Shown here piece after piece: positions 54,288 to 61,943 of a stretch of DNA of 61,943 nucleotides. Source of the stretch: an uncultured Gammaproteobacteria bacterium (GTDB lineage: Bacteria; Patescibacteriota; Patescibacteriia; Patescibacteriales; UBA12465); NCBI GenBank assembly GCA_964406935.1, contig CAYOTM010000003.1:1-61943 (forward strand), in the 5' to 3' direction. A program made the position numbers and the translations under genes. The notes under the pieces are model-generated. The model searched no databases. It was not told where the DNA came from and saw only the letters and a list, made by a program, of their open reading frames with translations. Numbering within the stretch: the stretch's first letter is position 1; each line of letters opens with the position of its first letter.

Positions 54288-54348
54288 AATTTACTAATTA
54301 ATAAAAAAACCAAGCATAACTTGCTCGGGTTTTAATTTATTATTAATG

Positions 54349-54421
54349 AGCCGAGAATGGGACTTGAACCCACAACCTACGGTTTACGATACCGTTGCTC
54401 TACCAGTTGAGCTATCTCGGC
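54349..54421 (-). tRNA. tRNA-Thr (anticodon CGU)
   Basis: Hand-folded cloverleaf: acceptor GCCGAGA/TCTCGGC, D-arm GCTC..GAGC, anticodon stem ACGGT/ACCGT with loop AUCGUAA, T-arm GTGGG-TTCAAGT-CCCAT. No encoded CCA. Confidence 0.85.
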
Positions 54422-54431
54422 TAATTATAAG

Positions 54432-54503
54432 AGCGGGTGAGCGGAATCGAACCGCCGTCTCAAGCTTGGGAAGCTTACATAATAACCATTATACGACACC
54501 CGC
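54432..54503 (-). tRNA. tRNA-Gly (anticodon CCC)
   Basis: Acceptor GCGGGTG/CACCCGC, anticodon stem TAAGC/GCTTG with loop UUCCCAA, T-arm GGCGG-TTCGATT-CCGCT. The D-stem is weak (3 bp). Confidence 0.8.
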
Positions 54504-54556
54504 GATAATTACAATTTTATTATAAACGGCTAGTCTAAAAAGTCAATTTTATCCCT

Positions 54557-56140
54557 ATGAAAAATTATAACTTAAAAACTAATTTATTTTCTTTAGTAAT
54601 TTTATTATTAATTCTATTTTTATCACCAGTTATAGTATTGGCGAATGATAGTCCTCTAAATGATTCAATCGTTGTATCTCAGGCTGCTTTTCGGTCCGAT
54701 GTTGCTAGTGCTGGTCAAGCTCTTAATTTTTTTGATCAAGAGTTTAGATTAACCGCTGGGGCTGGCGTGCTTAAATCTTCATTGGTAGTAACTGCTAAAA
54801 AATTAACGGCTCCTTTTAATTGGCCCTGGAATTTTAAACCGCTTACCCCAGTCTATGAATTTGATCTTGATAATTGGCAAGCAGCTTATGATCGCAGCCG
54901 TCCTTTAGTGGTGGAAATTACTTATCCAGAAACTAATGATTATTATAAACAGATTTTTTTCTTAGATGGCACCACTGGTCGTTGGCGTCCATTGCCGTCA
55001 ACTGATGATCCAGTTAAAAAAGTGGTCAGAGCAAATATTCATTTGCCTTTTTCTCGATTAGCAGTTTTAGCTTCTCCTCAAGTAATGACTGTTGGCCAGG
55101 CTAGCTGGTATCGCTTTAAGAATGGTTTATTTGCTGCCTCCCCTGATTTTCCTCGGGGTTCAGTTGTCCGGGTTCATAACCTAGCTAATGGTAAATTTGT
55201 TGATGTCACCATCAATGATTATGGTCCTGACAGGGCCATTCATCCCGATAGAGCAATCGATTTAGATCTAGTTGCCTTTGAAAGGATCGCCTCTGCTGCT
55301 GATGGGATTATTAAAGTAAAAGTTGAACCTCGTCATATTGCTTTAGCTGCTAATGATTATATTTTTACCGCTGGTGGTTCGTTGCCAGAAATTAATTCTA
55401 AGTCAGCTATTATTATTGCTGAGGATGATGGTCAAATTTTGTTTAATAAAAACAGTGATCAAGCGGCTCCGCTAGCTAGCTTAACTAAAATTTTAGCAGC
55501 TCGAGTTTTTTTAGATACGGGGACTGATTTGAATAAAGTGGTTACCTATTCGGTTAAAGATGAAGAATATAATCATCAATATGTAGCTGCTTGGGAATCA
55601 GCCCGATTGCGCCTGAATGATGGCGAAACTCTAAGAGTAAAAGATTTATTAAATGTTACTTTAATTGGTTCTACTAACAATACTACAGAAACTTTAATTC
55701 GCGCTAGTGGTTTGTCGCGAGAGGAATTTATTGCTCGAATGAATGTTTATGCCGAAGTTTGGGGAGCTAGTCAAACAAAATTTGTTGAGCCGACTGGTTT
55801 ATCAAAAGATAATATTAGTTCTCCTTATGATTATGCTATAATAATGAGAGAGGCTTTCCGTCACCCCTTATTAGCATCAATTAGTAATACTTCTAGTTAT
55901 TCTTTTTCAACGATAAATACTAAGCGCGCTTTTCGAGTAAGTAATACTAGTTCGCTTGTGCGTAGCGGCAAGTGGTCACTTTTAGGCTCAAAAACGGGCT
56001 TTATTGATGCTTCCGGTTATTGTTTAATGAGTCGTCTGCAAACCCCTCAGGGTAATTTAATTATTGTAAGTTTTAATGCTAGTAATCGTGATATAAGCTT
56101 TAATGATCATGAACGGTTAATTATTTATGGCCAGCAATAA
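54557..56140 (+). CDS. secreted fusion of an RlpA-like DPBB domain and an S11 D-alanyl-D-alanine carboxypeptidase
   Basis: Signal peptide. RlpA-like GQASWYRF...VRVHNLANGKFVDVTINDYGP...AIDLD. S11 motifs SLTK (SxxK), STN (SxN) and KTG. Confidence 0.75.
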   Translation: MKNYNLKTNLFSLVILLLILFLSPVIVLANDSPLNDSIVVSQAAFRSDVASAGQALNFFDQEFRLTAGAGVLKSSLVVTAKKLTAPFNWPWNFKPLTPVYEFDLDNWQAAYDRSRPLVVEITYPETNDYYKQIFFLDGTTGRWRPLPSTDDPVKKVVRANIHLPFSRLAVLASPQVMTVGQASWYRFKNGLFAASPDFPRGSVVRVHNLANGKFVDVTINDYGPDRAIHPDRAIDLDLVAFERIASAADGIIKVKVEPRHIALAANDYIFTAGGSLPEINSKSAIIIAEDDGQILFNKNSDQAAPLASLTKILAARVFLDTGTDLNKVVTYSVKDEEYNHQYVAAWESARLRLNDGETLRVKDLLNVTLIGSTNNTTETLIRASGLSREEFIARMNVYAEVWGASQTKFVEPTGLSKDNISSPYDYAIIMREAFRHPLLASISNTSSYSFSTINTKRAFRVSNTSSLVRSGKWSLLGSKTGFIDASGYCLMSRLQTPQGNLIIVSFNASNRDISFNDHERLIIYGQQ

Positions 56141-56163
56141 CTTGATTAGATTTAATTATTTTT

Positions 56164-56844
56164 ATGATAAAAATCACAAATATTTCCAAGCGTTATGTCG
56201 GAAAAAATAAAATTTTAGATAGCGTCAATCTGCATATTAATCCGGGCGAGTTTGTGTCGATTGTTGGCCAATCAGGCGCTGGAAAAACTACTCTCGTTAG
56301 AATTTTGATTGGCGAAGAACGAGCCGATCAGGGACAAGTAGTAGTTGGTGATTGGGATATTACTAAAATTAGCAAACGAGAAGTACCTCATTTACGTCGG
56401 CAAATTGGCGTGATTTTTCAAGACTTTAAATTATTACCAAAAAAGACTTTAGAAGAAAACGTCGCTTTTGCCCTAGAGGTTTGTGGATCAACTCCTGGTA
56501 AAATTAAAAAAGTGGTAGCTAGTGTTTTAAAGATTGTTGGTTTAGAGGATAAGAAAAATCGTTATCCCCATGAAGTTTCGGGTGGAGAAAAACAACGAGC
56601 AGCGATTGCTCGTGCCTTAGTTCATCAACCCCGAATTTTATTAGCTGATGAGCCCACTGGTAATTTAGATACGATTAATGCTGGTGAAATTGTTGATTTA
56701 TTATTACGGATTAATAATTTTGGGACCACTGTTATTTTAGTGACTCACAATAAAGACATTGTTAATCGCTTACAAAAACGGGTGATTACTATGGATAAAG
56801 GATTGATCGTTAGCGATCAACAAAAGGGTAAATATTTACTTTAA
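56164..56844 (+). CDS. ftsE: cell division ATP-binding protein FtsE
   Basis: Walker A GQSGAGKTT, ABC signature VSGGEKQR, Walker B LLADEPTGNLD. Directly upstream of ftsX. Confidence 0.92.
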   Translation: MIKITNISKRYVGKNKILDSVNLHINPGEFVSIVGQSGAGKTTLVRILIGEERADQGQVVVGDWDITKISKREVPHLRRQIGVIFQDFKLLPKKTLEENVAFALEVCGSTPGKIKKVVASVLKIVGLEDKKNRYPHEVSGGEKQRAAIARALVHQPRILLADEPTGNLDTINAGEIVDLLLRINNFGTTVILVTHNKDIVNRLQKRVITMDKGLIVSDQQKGKYLL

Positions 56845-56849
56845 TTTTT

Positions 56850-57758
56850 ATGTTATCATTTTTACGAATTATTAAATTTGGCATTCAAGATATTGCTCGT
56901 AATGTTTGGTTATCGGTGGCCACCATCACAATTTTATTACTAGCTATGTTGTCAATTAATATGCTCATTACTGTCCGGGTAATTAGCGATAATGCGGTGA
57001 GCGCTGTTAAAGAAAAGATGGATATTAGTTTATATTTAACCGCTGATGCCTCTGAGGAGCAAATTAGTAAATTACGCCAAGATTTAGCGGCTATTCCGGA
57101 AATAAAATCAATTGTTTATACCTCAAAAGAGGCTGCATTAGAAAATTTTCGAACAAAAAATCAAAACAATGAAGATATTATGCAAGCCTTAAGAGAGCTT
57201 GATCGTAACCCCTTATTGCCTAGCTTAACTATTTTACCTCATAACTTAGATGATAGCCCTTGGTTGATCGAACAACTTAAACGGCTTGATTCAGCTATTA
57301 TTGAGTCTCGCGACTTTAATGATAATTCAATTATTGTAGCTAAAATTAATAACATTACTAAAAGAATTAATGAGGTTGGGTTGGCAATTATTACTATTTT
57401 TATTTTAATTAGCTTGCTCGTAGTTTATAATGCAATTCGCGTGTCAGTATATACGCATCGTCAAGAAATTGAGATTATGCGTTTAGTGGGCGCTTCCAAT
57501 TCTTTTATTTATATGCCCTTTGCTTTAGCTGCTTTATTTTATACTTTGATTAGCACTTTTGTGGTGGTGATTTTATTTTATCCATTTTTAACTTTACTCC
57601 AACCTTATTTAGAAGTATTTTTTAGTGGTTATAATGTGAATATTTTAAGTTATTTTGTAAATAATTTTTTCTTAATTTTTGGTGGTCAGTTTTTAGCAAT
57701 TTTATTGATTAATATTGGGGCTAGTTTGATTGCAGTCAGACGTTACGCTCGGGTTTAA
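56850..57758 (+). CDS. ftsX: cell division permease FtsX
   Basis: TM1, a periplasmic domain and three C-terminal TMs, with EIEIMRLVGAS. Starts 5 nt after ftsE. Confidence 0.85.
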   Translation: MLSFLRIIKFGIQDIARNVWLSVATITILLLAMLSINMLITVRVISDNAVSAVKEKMDISLYLTADASEEQISKLRQDLAAIPEIKSIVYTSKEAALENFRTKNQNNEDIMQALRELDRNPLLPSLTILPHNLDDSPWLIEQLKRLDSAIIESRDFNDNSIIVAKINNITKRINEVGLAIITIFILISLLVVYNAIRVSVYTHRQEIEIMRLVGASNSFIYMPFALAALFYTLISTFVVVILFYPFLTLLQPYLEVFFSGYNVNILSYFVNNFFLIFGGQFLAILLINIGASLIAVRRYARV

Positions 57759-57799
57759 TGGGAGATATTGACCTAAATTAATAAATTTATTAAGATAAG

Positions 57800-57829
57800 A
57801 AATAGATTCGTTGGAAAACGAATTTATTT
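57800..57829 (+). terminator. hairpin terminator after ftsX
   Basis: 13-bp stem AAATAGATTCGTT-GGAA-AACGAATTTATTT (one G-U pair). Confidence 0.7.
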
Positions 57830-57839
57830 ATTAAAGATT

Positions 57840-57913
57840 TCGGGGGTCGTCTAACGGTAGGACTCCAGGTTTTGGTCCTGGCTATCGGGGTTCGAATCCC
57901 TGCCCCCGAGCCA
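57840..57913 (+). tRNA. tRNA-Gln (anticodon UUG), CCA encoded
   Basis: U1-A72 acceptor TCGGGGG/CCCCCGA, D-arm GTCT..GGAC, anticodon stem CCAGG/CCTGG with loop UUUUGGU, T-arm CGGGG-TTCGAAT-CCCTG, discriminator G, CCA. Confidence 0.9.
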
Positions 57914-57918
57914 ATCCC

Positions 57919-57945
57919 AAAAACACCCATCAATAGGGTGTTTTT
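57919..57945 (+). terminator. rho-independent terminator after tRNA-Gln
   Basis: AAAAACACCC-ATCAATA-GGGTGTTTTT. Confidence 0.8.
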
Positions 57946-57951
57946 GTGTAT

Positions 57952-57978
57952 ATTTTAATTCGAATCCTTGTTGGGTTG
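57952..57978 (+). repeat. tRNA-Gln T-loop-like repeat R1
   Basis: ATTTTAATTCGAATCCTTG. TTCGAATCC(T)TG copies the tRNA T-loop/T-stem TTCGAATCCCTG. The 13-mer ATTTTAATTCGAA recurs at 58988. Confidence 0.6.
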
Positions 57979-58008
57979 TAATTTAAATTTATGTTATAAT
58001 ATAAAAAT

Positions 58009-58983
58009 ATGCTAAGAATAAATAAAAAATTAAAAATAACCGTTTTAATTATAATAGCCATTATTGTTATATCTTTTTCTTTTTATTCAAAAGTTATTTT
58101 TCAAGAAGGAAATCCCATTCCATTATTTAAAGCCATAATCAAATTAAATATTACTTCACAAGATATTATTAAGCTAGATTTAAATGAAAAAAAGTATTTA
58201 ACTAAAAGTAAAAATGATCAAGAAGTTTTAAAAAATAATTTAGAACATGATAATTATCGCTTTATTGAACAACTTGGTTCGGGTTATTTATTTAGAAATA
58301 ATAATTTTGATATATTAATTGTCACAAGAAAACAGTATTCTCGCTTTTATTCTATTTGGTCTATAGGTGAATCAAAAAATGTTAGAGAATTTATAGAATG
58401 GGCGGAGTATAAAAATGAGGAATATGGCTTCAGTTTTAATTATCCACTTTCGTCTATTAATAATAAATGGTGGGGAAATTTAGCTGAAGAAAAGCCATAT
58501 CTTGATTTATTATTGCCTAACCAAGTTTTAAGTAAAAATAATAATTTTTATTTAACGCAAAAATATGATGTGGAGCTTGATTGGAAAACTGGGGAATTAA
58601 TAAAAACAGAAAATAATTTTATTCCTGAATATAAAGAAGGCGATCGTTCGTATCCCTTGCCTTGGCACATTATTATTTTTGATGTGGAAAATGAAAGAGA
58701 TTTAGATTTAATAATTAAGAAAAAGCTTGGTTCCGGTTGTAGTTATAAAACAAAAATAGCTACCAATTTTACCGATAATTTCCGAGTTGAAATAGACGGC
58801 GACGGCAAAGATTTAGGTGAAACTCTTTGTCCAGTTAATTATGCTAATTATATAATTTACAGTTCACAGGCAAAAAAAGTTGCTTTTTGGAGCGTCGGTC
58901 AGGAGTGTAATATCGGCCTGGGTTTCACTTTTAATAATTGTTTCGATAAAGTAATATCCGAGTCTTTTCATTTTTTAAATTAA
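58009..58983 (+). CDS. hypothetical membrane-anchored protein (AT-rich island)
   Basis: 324 aa with an N-terminal TM. K/N/I-rich with frequent ATA codons. I recognise no family. Confidence 0.5.
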   Translation: MLRINKKLKITVLIIIAIIVISFSFYSKVIFQEGNPIPLFKAIIKLNITSQDIIKLDLNEKKYLTKSKNDQEVLKNNLEHDNYRFIEQLGSGYLFRNNNFDILIVTRKQYSRFYSIWSIGESKNVREFIEWAEYKNEEYGFSFNYPLSSINNKWWGNLAEEKPYLDLLLPNQVLSKNNNFYLTQKYDVELDWKTGELIKTENNFIPEYKEGDRSYPLPWHIIIFDVENERDLDLIIKKKLGSGCSYKTKIATNFTDNFRVEIDGDGKDLGETLCPVNYANYIIYSSQAKKVAFWSVGQECNIGLGFTFNNCFDKVISESFHFLN

Positions 58984-58987
58984 ATAA

Positions 58988-59021
58988 ATTTTAATTCGAA
59001 CATCGTCCACGACCCCGAGCA
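58988..59021. repeat. tRNA-Gln-derived remnant R2
   Basis: Plus strand reads ATTTTAATTCGAA-CATCGTCCACGA-CCCCGAGCA, i.e. T-loop and acceptor 3' end. Minus strand reads TCGGGGTCGT-GGAC-GAT-GTTCGAAT, a collapsed acceptor/D-stem/T-loop of tRNA-Gln. Confidence 0.55.
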
Positions 59022-59101
59022 TAATAAAATTATAGGTTATCTAGGTATAAACATGAATATGTTTTTCTTGGACGATAAAAATATAATTTATTGATAAATA
59101 T

Positions 59102-59428
59102 ATGAAAACTACTAAATGGTTGGCCAGAATCTTGTCTCTGTGCATTCTAATCTTTGCTCTGCCGTTTTATTTTGGTTATGGCAATCCCTTGCCGTTTGTT
59201 AATCCAAGCTATTCATTGTGGGAAAATGTAGCGTTAATAGCGATGCCTTTAATTTTTCTTGGCCTTGCCTTGGGCTGGAAATATGAGAAGATTGGGGGTT
59301 TTTTAATAGTAGTTCCGATAATAATAGGCTTCTCGGTAGGTTTGATAACAGAAGCTAATTTTAGTATTAATTTACTCATTCCGCTACTTCCGGGACTTTT
59401 ATATTTAATAGTTGCTTATAAGAAGTAA
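59102..59428 (+). CDS. small polytopic membrane protein
   Basis: 108 aa with 3-4 hydrophobic helices. Confidence 0.5.
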   Translation: MKTTKWLARILSLCILIFALPFYFGYGNPLPFVNPSYSLWENVALIAMPLIFLGLALGWKYEKIGGFLIVVPIIIGFSVGLITEANFSINLLIPLLPGLLYLIVAYKK

Positions 59429-59534
59429 TCTTTTTGTTTTCGAGTAAACATAGATTAAGCAAGATTAATTTCTCGTTTTTTGATTTTTTTAAGGTTTTGT
59501 GGTACTTTTATAGCATAAAAGTTAATTTGACTAT

Positions 59535-61346
59535 ATGAAAAATATTAAATTTATTGAAAAATTGTTGACGCCAAAAAAAGAATTAATTTTAAAATTATCA
59601 TTAAGTGCTGTTTTAGCTGTTTTTTGGGTAATTTTTTTATGGAATATTTGGAATAAAGGGGTATATTCCCTGGGTCTTAACGTCACTATTTTTTGGTTTC
59701 TTTTGTTTGGTTTATTTATTTTTGTTTTGTATAGAAGAGGCTCTTCTTTACGTCAGAACTTATATTGGATAATTCCGATATTACTGATAATGTTTAGTTA
59801 TGCGTTATATGATAATCCATTTTTAAAACTTATCAGTTTATTAGTTATACCGCTAACTGCTGGTGTTTTTTATATTCAAGCCTTTTTACCATATAATAAA
59901 AATAGGTTATGGCATTTTGATTTTATTTCAAAAATAGTAGATCGACTTTTTTCTTTCTTTAGAGAAATTCCTCAAACAGCTAAACTTTATGTTAGTTTAG
60001 TTATACCAGCTGATAGAAGCAAGGAGCGCGTTGTCTTAAGGACGATATTTGGTTTAATTCTGTTTTTAATTATAGCTTTTACAATATTCATTCCTCTTTT
60101 ATCGTCCGCTGATCCCATCTTTGCCCTTAAAGTACATGGTCTTTACGATTGGTTTATAAAATTGGTTGACTCATCTTTCGTTTATAGATTGCTTGTATTT
60201 ATTTTTTTATCTTTATTATTCTTTTCTGTTTTAGCGGCTTGGAGTAAAAAATTTGATTATGAAGAAAAGGGGAGGACTGAGAAGAATATTGATTCAATCG
60301 TTTCGGGAATTGTTTTGGGGGGAATTTTTGTTTTATATTTATTGTTCTTATGGGTACAAATAAATCATCTATGGGTTGGTGCCTTGCCTTTTGATTTTAA
60401 GGAAACAGAAAGTTTGGTAAAAAGTGGTTTTTGGCAATTATTTTTTCTGACGACGATAAATATTTTAATTTATTTTTTTACTTATAAAAAAACCTCAGCA
60501 CTAGTCCAGCGAATATTAATGGCGTTTTCCATCACTTCTTTATTTTTACTTGTTTCGGCAGGGTATCGTATGGGGCTTTATGTTACTTATTATGGGCTTA
60601 GTTATGAAAAATTCTTCGCTTCATATACCGTTATATATTGCGCTATTCTTTTTATTTGGCTAATTTCAAAACTTTTCATTGCTAAAAGAGCTAATATTGT
60701 TAAGTTTTTACTTGTTTTGTTTCTTTGGATGTATGCATTTGTGTCGGTTTTTCCGGTTGAACAATTTATCTGGCGCAGCAACCTTGCCCTTTCTGATCTT
60801 AAAGAGTCGAGAATAAATTTATTAGAATTAACAATGCTTTCTCCTGATGTGCTTAATTTAGTAAAAGAATATCAAAAAAAAGGAGGACTGGTTAGTGAGG
60901 AATCCGTTTGGAATCACTGGATTGAACGTCAGGAAAAAATAATATTAAATAAGCTTTGGTATGAAAAAAACTTATTCAATTTTTTGTCTAAAAAAATAGA
61001 GATTGAAAATCATCGTGAAGAGATAACTCTCTCTGAAATTCAAAAACAGTATGATGAAATTCACAAAGACTCATTTAAAGTTACGGGAGAATTTGTTTGT
61101 TTGCCTGTAAAAAATCAAGATGAGCCTCATAATGATTTATGTGTATTTGGCATTAAGAATAGCGATGGTGATTATTATCGCCTGCAAGCACCTAGTGATG
61201 ATAAAAATAATGTAGTTAATAAGATAAGAAAGGGGCAAAAAATAGAAATTAGCGGAGAGTTGATTAACGAAGAAAGTGAGATTTATAAAACTTTAGGAAC
61301 AATCAAGGTAGAAGGAGTGAAATATTTAAGTAGAGAAGATAAATAA
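59535..61346 (+). CDS. large polytopic membrane protein with C-terminal soluble domain
   Basis: 603 aa, roughly 10 or more TM helices over the first ~430 aa, then a charged soluble tail. I do not confidently recognise the family. Confidence 0.6.
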   Translation: MKNIKFIEKLLTPKKELILKLSLSAVLAVFWVIFLWNIWNKGVYSLGLNVTIFWFLLFGLFIFVLYRRGSSLRQNLYWIIPILLIMFSYALYDNPFLKLISLLVIPLTAGVFYIQAFLPYNKNRLWHFDFISKIVDRLFSFFREIPQTAKLYVSLVIPADRSKERVVLRTIFGLILFLIIAFTIFIPLLSSADPIFALKVHGLYDWFIKLVDSSFVYRLLVFIFLSLLFFSVLAAWSKKFDYEEKGRTEKNIDSIVSGIVLGGIFVLYLLFLWVQINHLWVGALPFDFKETESLVKSGFWQLFFLTTINILIYFFTYKKTSALVQRILMAFSITSLFLLVSAGYRMGLYVTYYGLSYEKFFASYTVIYCAILFIWLISKLFIAKRANIVKFLLVLFLWMYAFVSVFPVEQFIWRSNLALSDLKESRINLLELTMLSPDVLNLVKEYQKKGGLVSEESVWNHWIERQEKIILNKLWYEKNLFNFLSKKIEIENHREEITLSEIQKQYDEIHKDSFKVTGEFVCLPVKNQDEPHNDLCVFGIKNSDGDYYRLQAPSDDKNNVVNKIRKGQKIEISGELINEESEIYKTLGTIKVEGVKYLSREDK

Positions 61347-61348
61347 AA

Positions 61349-61450
61349 ATGAAAAACAAAATTAAAGAAAAAAGAAATAGTTTAGGCTTAACCCAAGAAG
61401 AGCTGGCTGATAAAGTTGGGGTAAGAAGGGAAACTATTATTTTTAAATAA
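61349..61450 (+). pseudogene. truncated XRE/Cro-C1-type helix-turn-helix gene remnant
   Basis: Encodes MKNKIKEKRNSLGLTQEELADKVGVRRETIIFK followed by a stop. This is a canonical XRE N-terminus that ends inside the recognition helix after 33 codons. Not in the ORF track. Confidence 0.5.
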
Positions 61451-61455
61451 ATAAC

Positions 61456-61464
61456 TTTAATTCG
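61456..61464 (+). repeat. third copy (R3) of the TTTAATTCG core
   Basis: CTTTAATTCGTAA lies immediately after the truncated XRE stop. It shares TTTAATTCG with R1 and R2. Confidence 0.35.
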
Positions 61465-61535
61465 TAAATTATTTGATAAAAAGGAGAAAATCGGGGTATA
61501 ATTAATTTATTAAAAATAATTATTAAAATTAAATT

Positions 61536-61943
61536 ATGACAATACAGATTTTAATTCTAATTGCCTCATTAATCACCTTAGGATTTTCAGCAAACTATCT
61601 AGTCAATTCTAGTATAAAAATTGCTAGAAAGTGGAAAGTTTCTGAGATGTTTATTGGTCTAACTATTGTATCTTTAGGAACTTCGGCTCCAGAAATTGCC
61701 GTTTCTGCTTTTGCCGCCCTAAATGGTCAAGGAGATTTATCGGTCGGCAATGTTATTGGCTCTAATATTTTTAATTTAGGTTTTATTCTGGGCTTAGTGG
61801 CTATTATCGCTCCCCAGATTATTCCTAAAAAAATGGTAAAACGAGATGGTTTAGTTCTTCTTTTATCGACTTTGATGGTTTTGCTTTTTATGTGGGACCT
61901 TAAAATAGTTTTATGGGAAGGGTTAATTTTATTAGCTAGTCTA
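61536..61943 (+). CDS. Ca2+/cation antiporter (CaCA, YrbG-like), 5' partial
   Basis: Open from the ATG at 61536 to the window edge. Alpha-1 repeat signature GLTIVSLGTSAPE plus GNVIGSNIFNLG. Confidence 0.8.
   Translation, partial: MTIQILILIASLITLGFSANYLVNSSIKIARKWKVSEMFIGLTIVSLGTSAPEIAVSAFAALNGQGDLSVGNVIGSNIFNLGFILGLVAIIAPQIIPKKMVKRDGLVLLLSTLMVLLFMWDLKIVLWEGLILLASL

Noticed and set aside
54301-54340. Terminator hairpin between the ftsB-like gene and tRNA-Thr (AAACC-CAAG-CATAA-CTTG-CTC-GGGTTT)
   Set aside because: Only 4 bp plus 5 bp are interrupted by an asymmetric bulge. That is too weak to annotate as a feature.
58930-59030. An additional tRNA gene at repeat R2
   Set aside because: No cloverleaf can be drawn: there is no anticodon arm and no GC T-stem. 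The sequence is only a ~30-nt collapsed fragment resembling tRNA-Gln.

Overview
This is a low-GC, gene-dense segment with most genes on the plus strand. It uses the standard genetic code: TGA, TAA and TAG all terminate long ORFs. Gene content and protein style suggest a Candidate Phyla Radiation / Patescibacteria-like bacterium (inference only): insertion-bearing NDK, pilin-module proteins, only the anaerobic RNR seen here, and tiny intergenic gaps.

Most of the window is housekeeping:
- Replication, repair and tRNA modification: gyrA, rmuC, radC, a UvrD/AddA-type helicase-nuclease, ruvB, queA.
- Translation, stress and secretion: lepB, hisS, rpsU, a short Rel, clpP, secD/secF.
- Division and envelope: prepilin peptidase, ftsA/ftsZ, an FtsB-like protein, an RlpA-DacA fusion, ftsE/ftsX.
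- Nucleotide metabolism: nrdR-nrdD-nrdG.
- Other: a VirD4/TraD-like ATPase, a DnaQ-like exonuclease, a membrane GT2 synthase.
- tRNAs: Thr-CGU, Gly-CCC and Gln-UUG.

The stand-out is an apparent operon of about 14.5 kb (21573-36009).
- It encodes three giant cysteine-rich surface proteins.
- Two of them share a duplicated N-terminal VirB2/TrbC-like pilin module. Two share a C-terminal Cys module.
- Two tandem paralogous membrane proteins with Ca-binding-type repeats follow. I read the whole as a candidate undescribed cell-surface or host-attachment system.

Other points worth a second look:
- The NrdD glycyl-radical domain sits in a separate in-frame ORF behind three stop codons.
- An AT-rich decayed island lies next to tRNA-Gln, with tRNA-derived repeats and a truncated XRE gene.
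- A Wzy_C/TPR protein is coupled to pilD.
- An RlpA-carboxypeptidase fusion lies upstream of ftsEX.

All domain calls come from motif recognition by eye. No searches were run.
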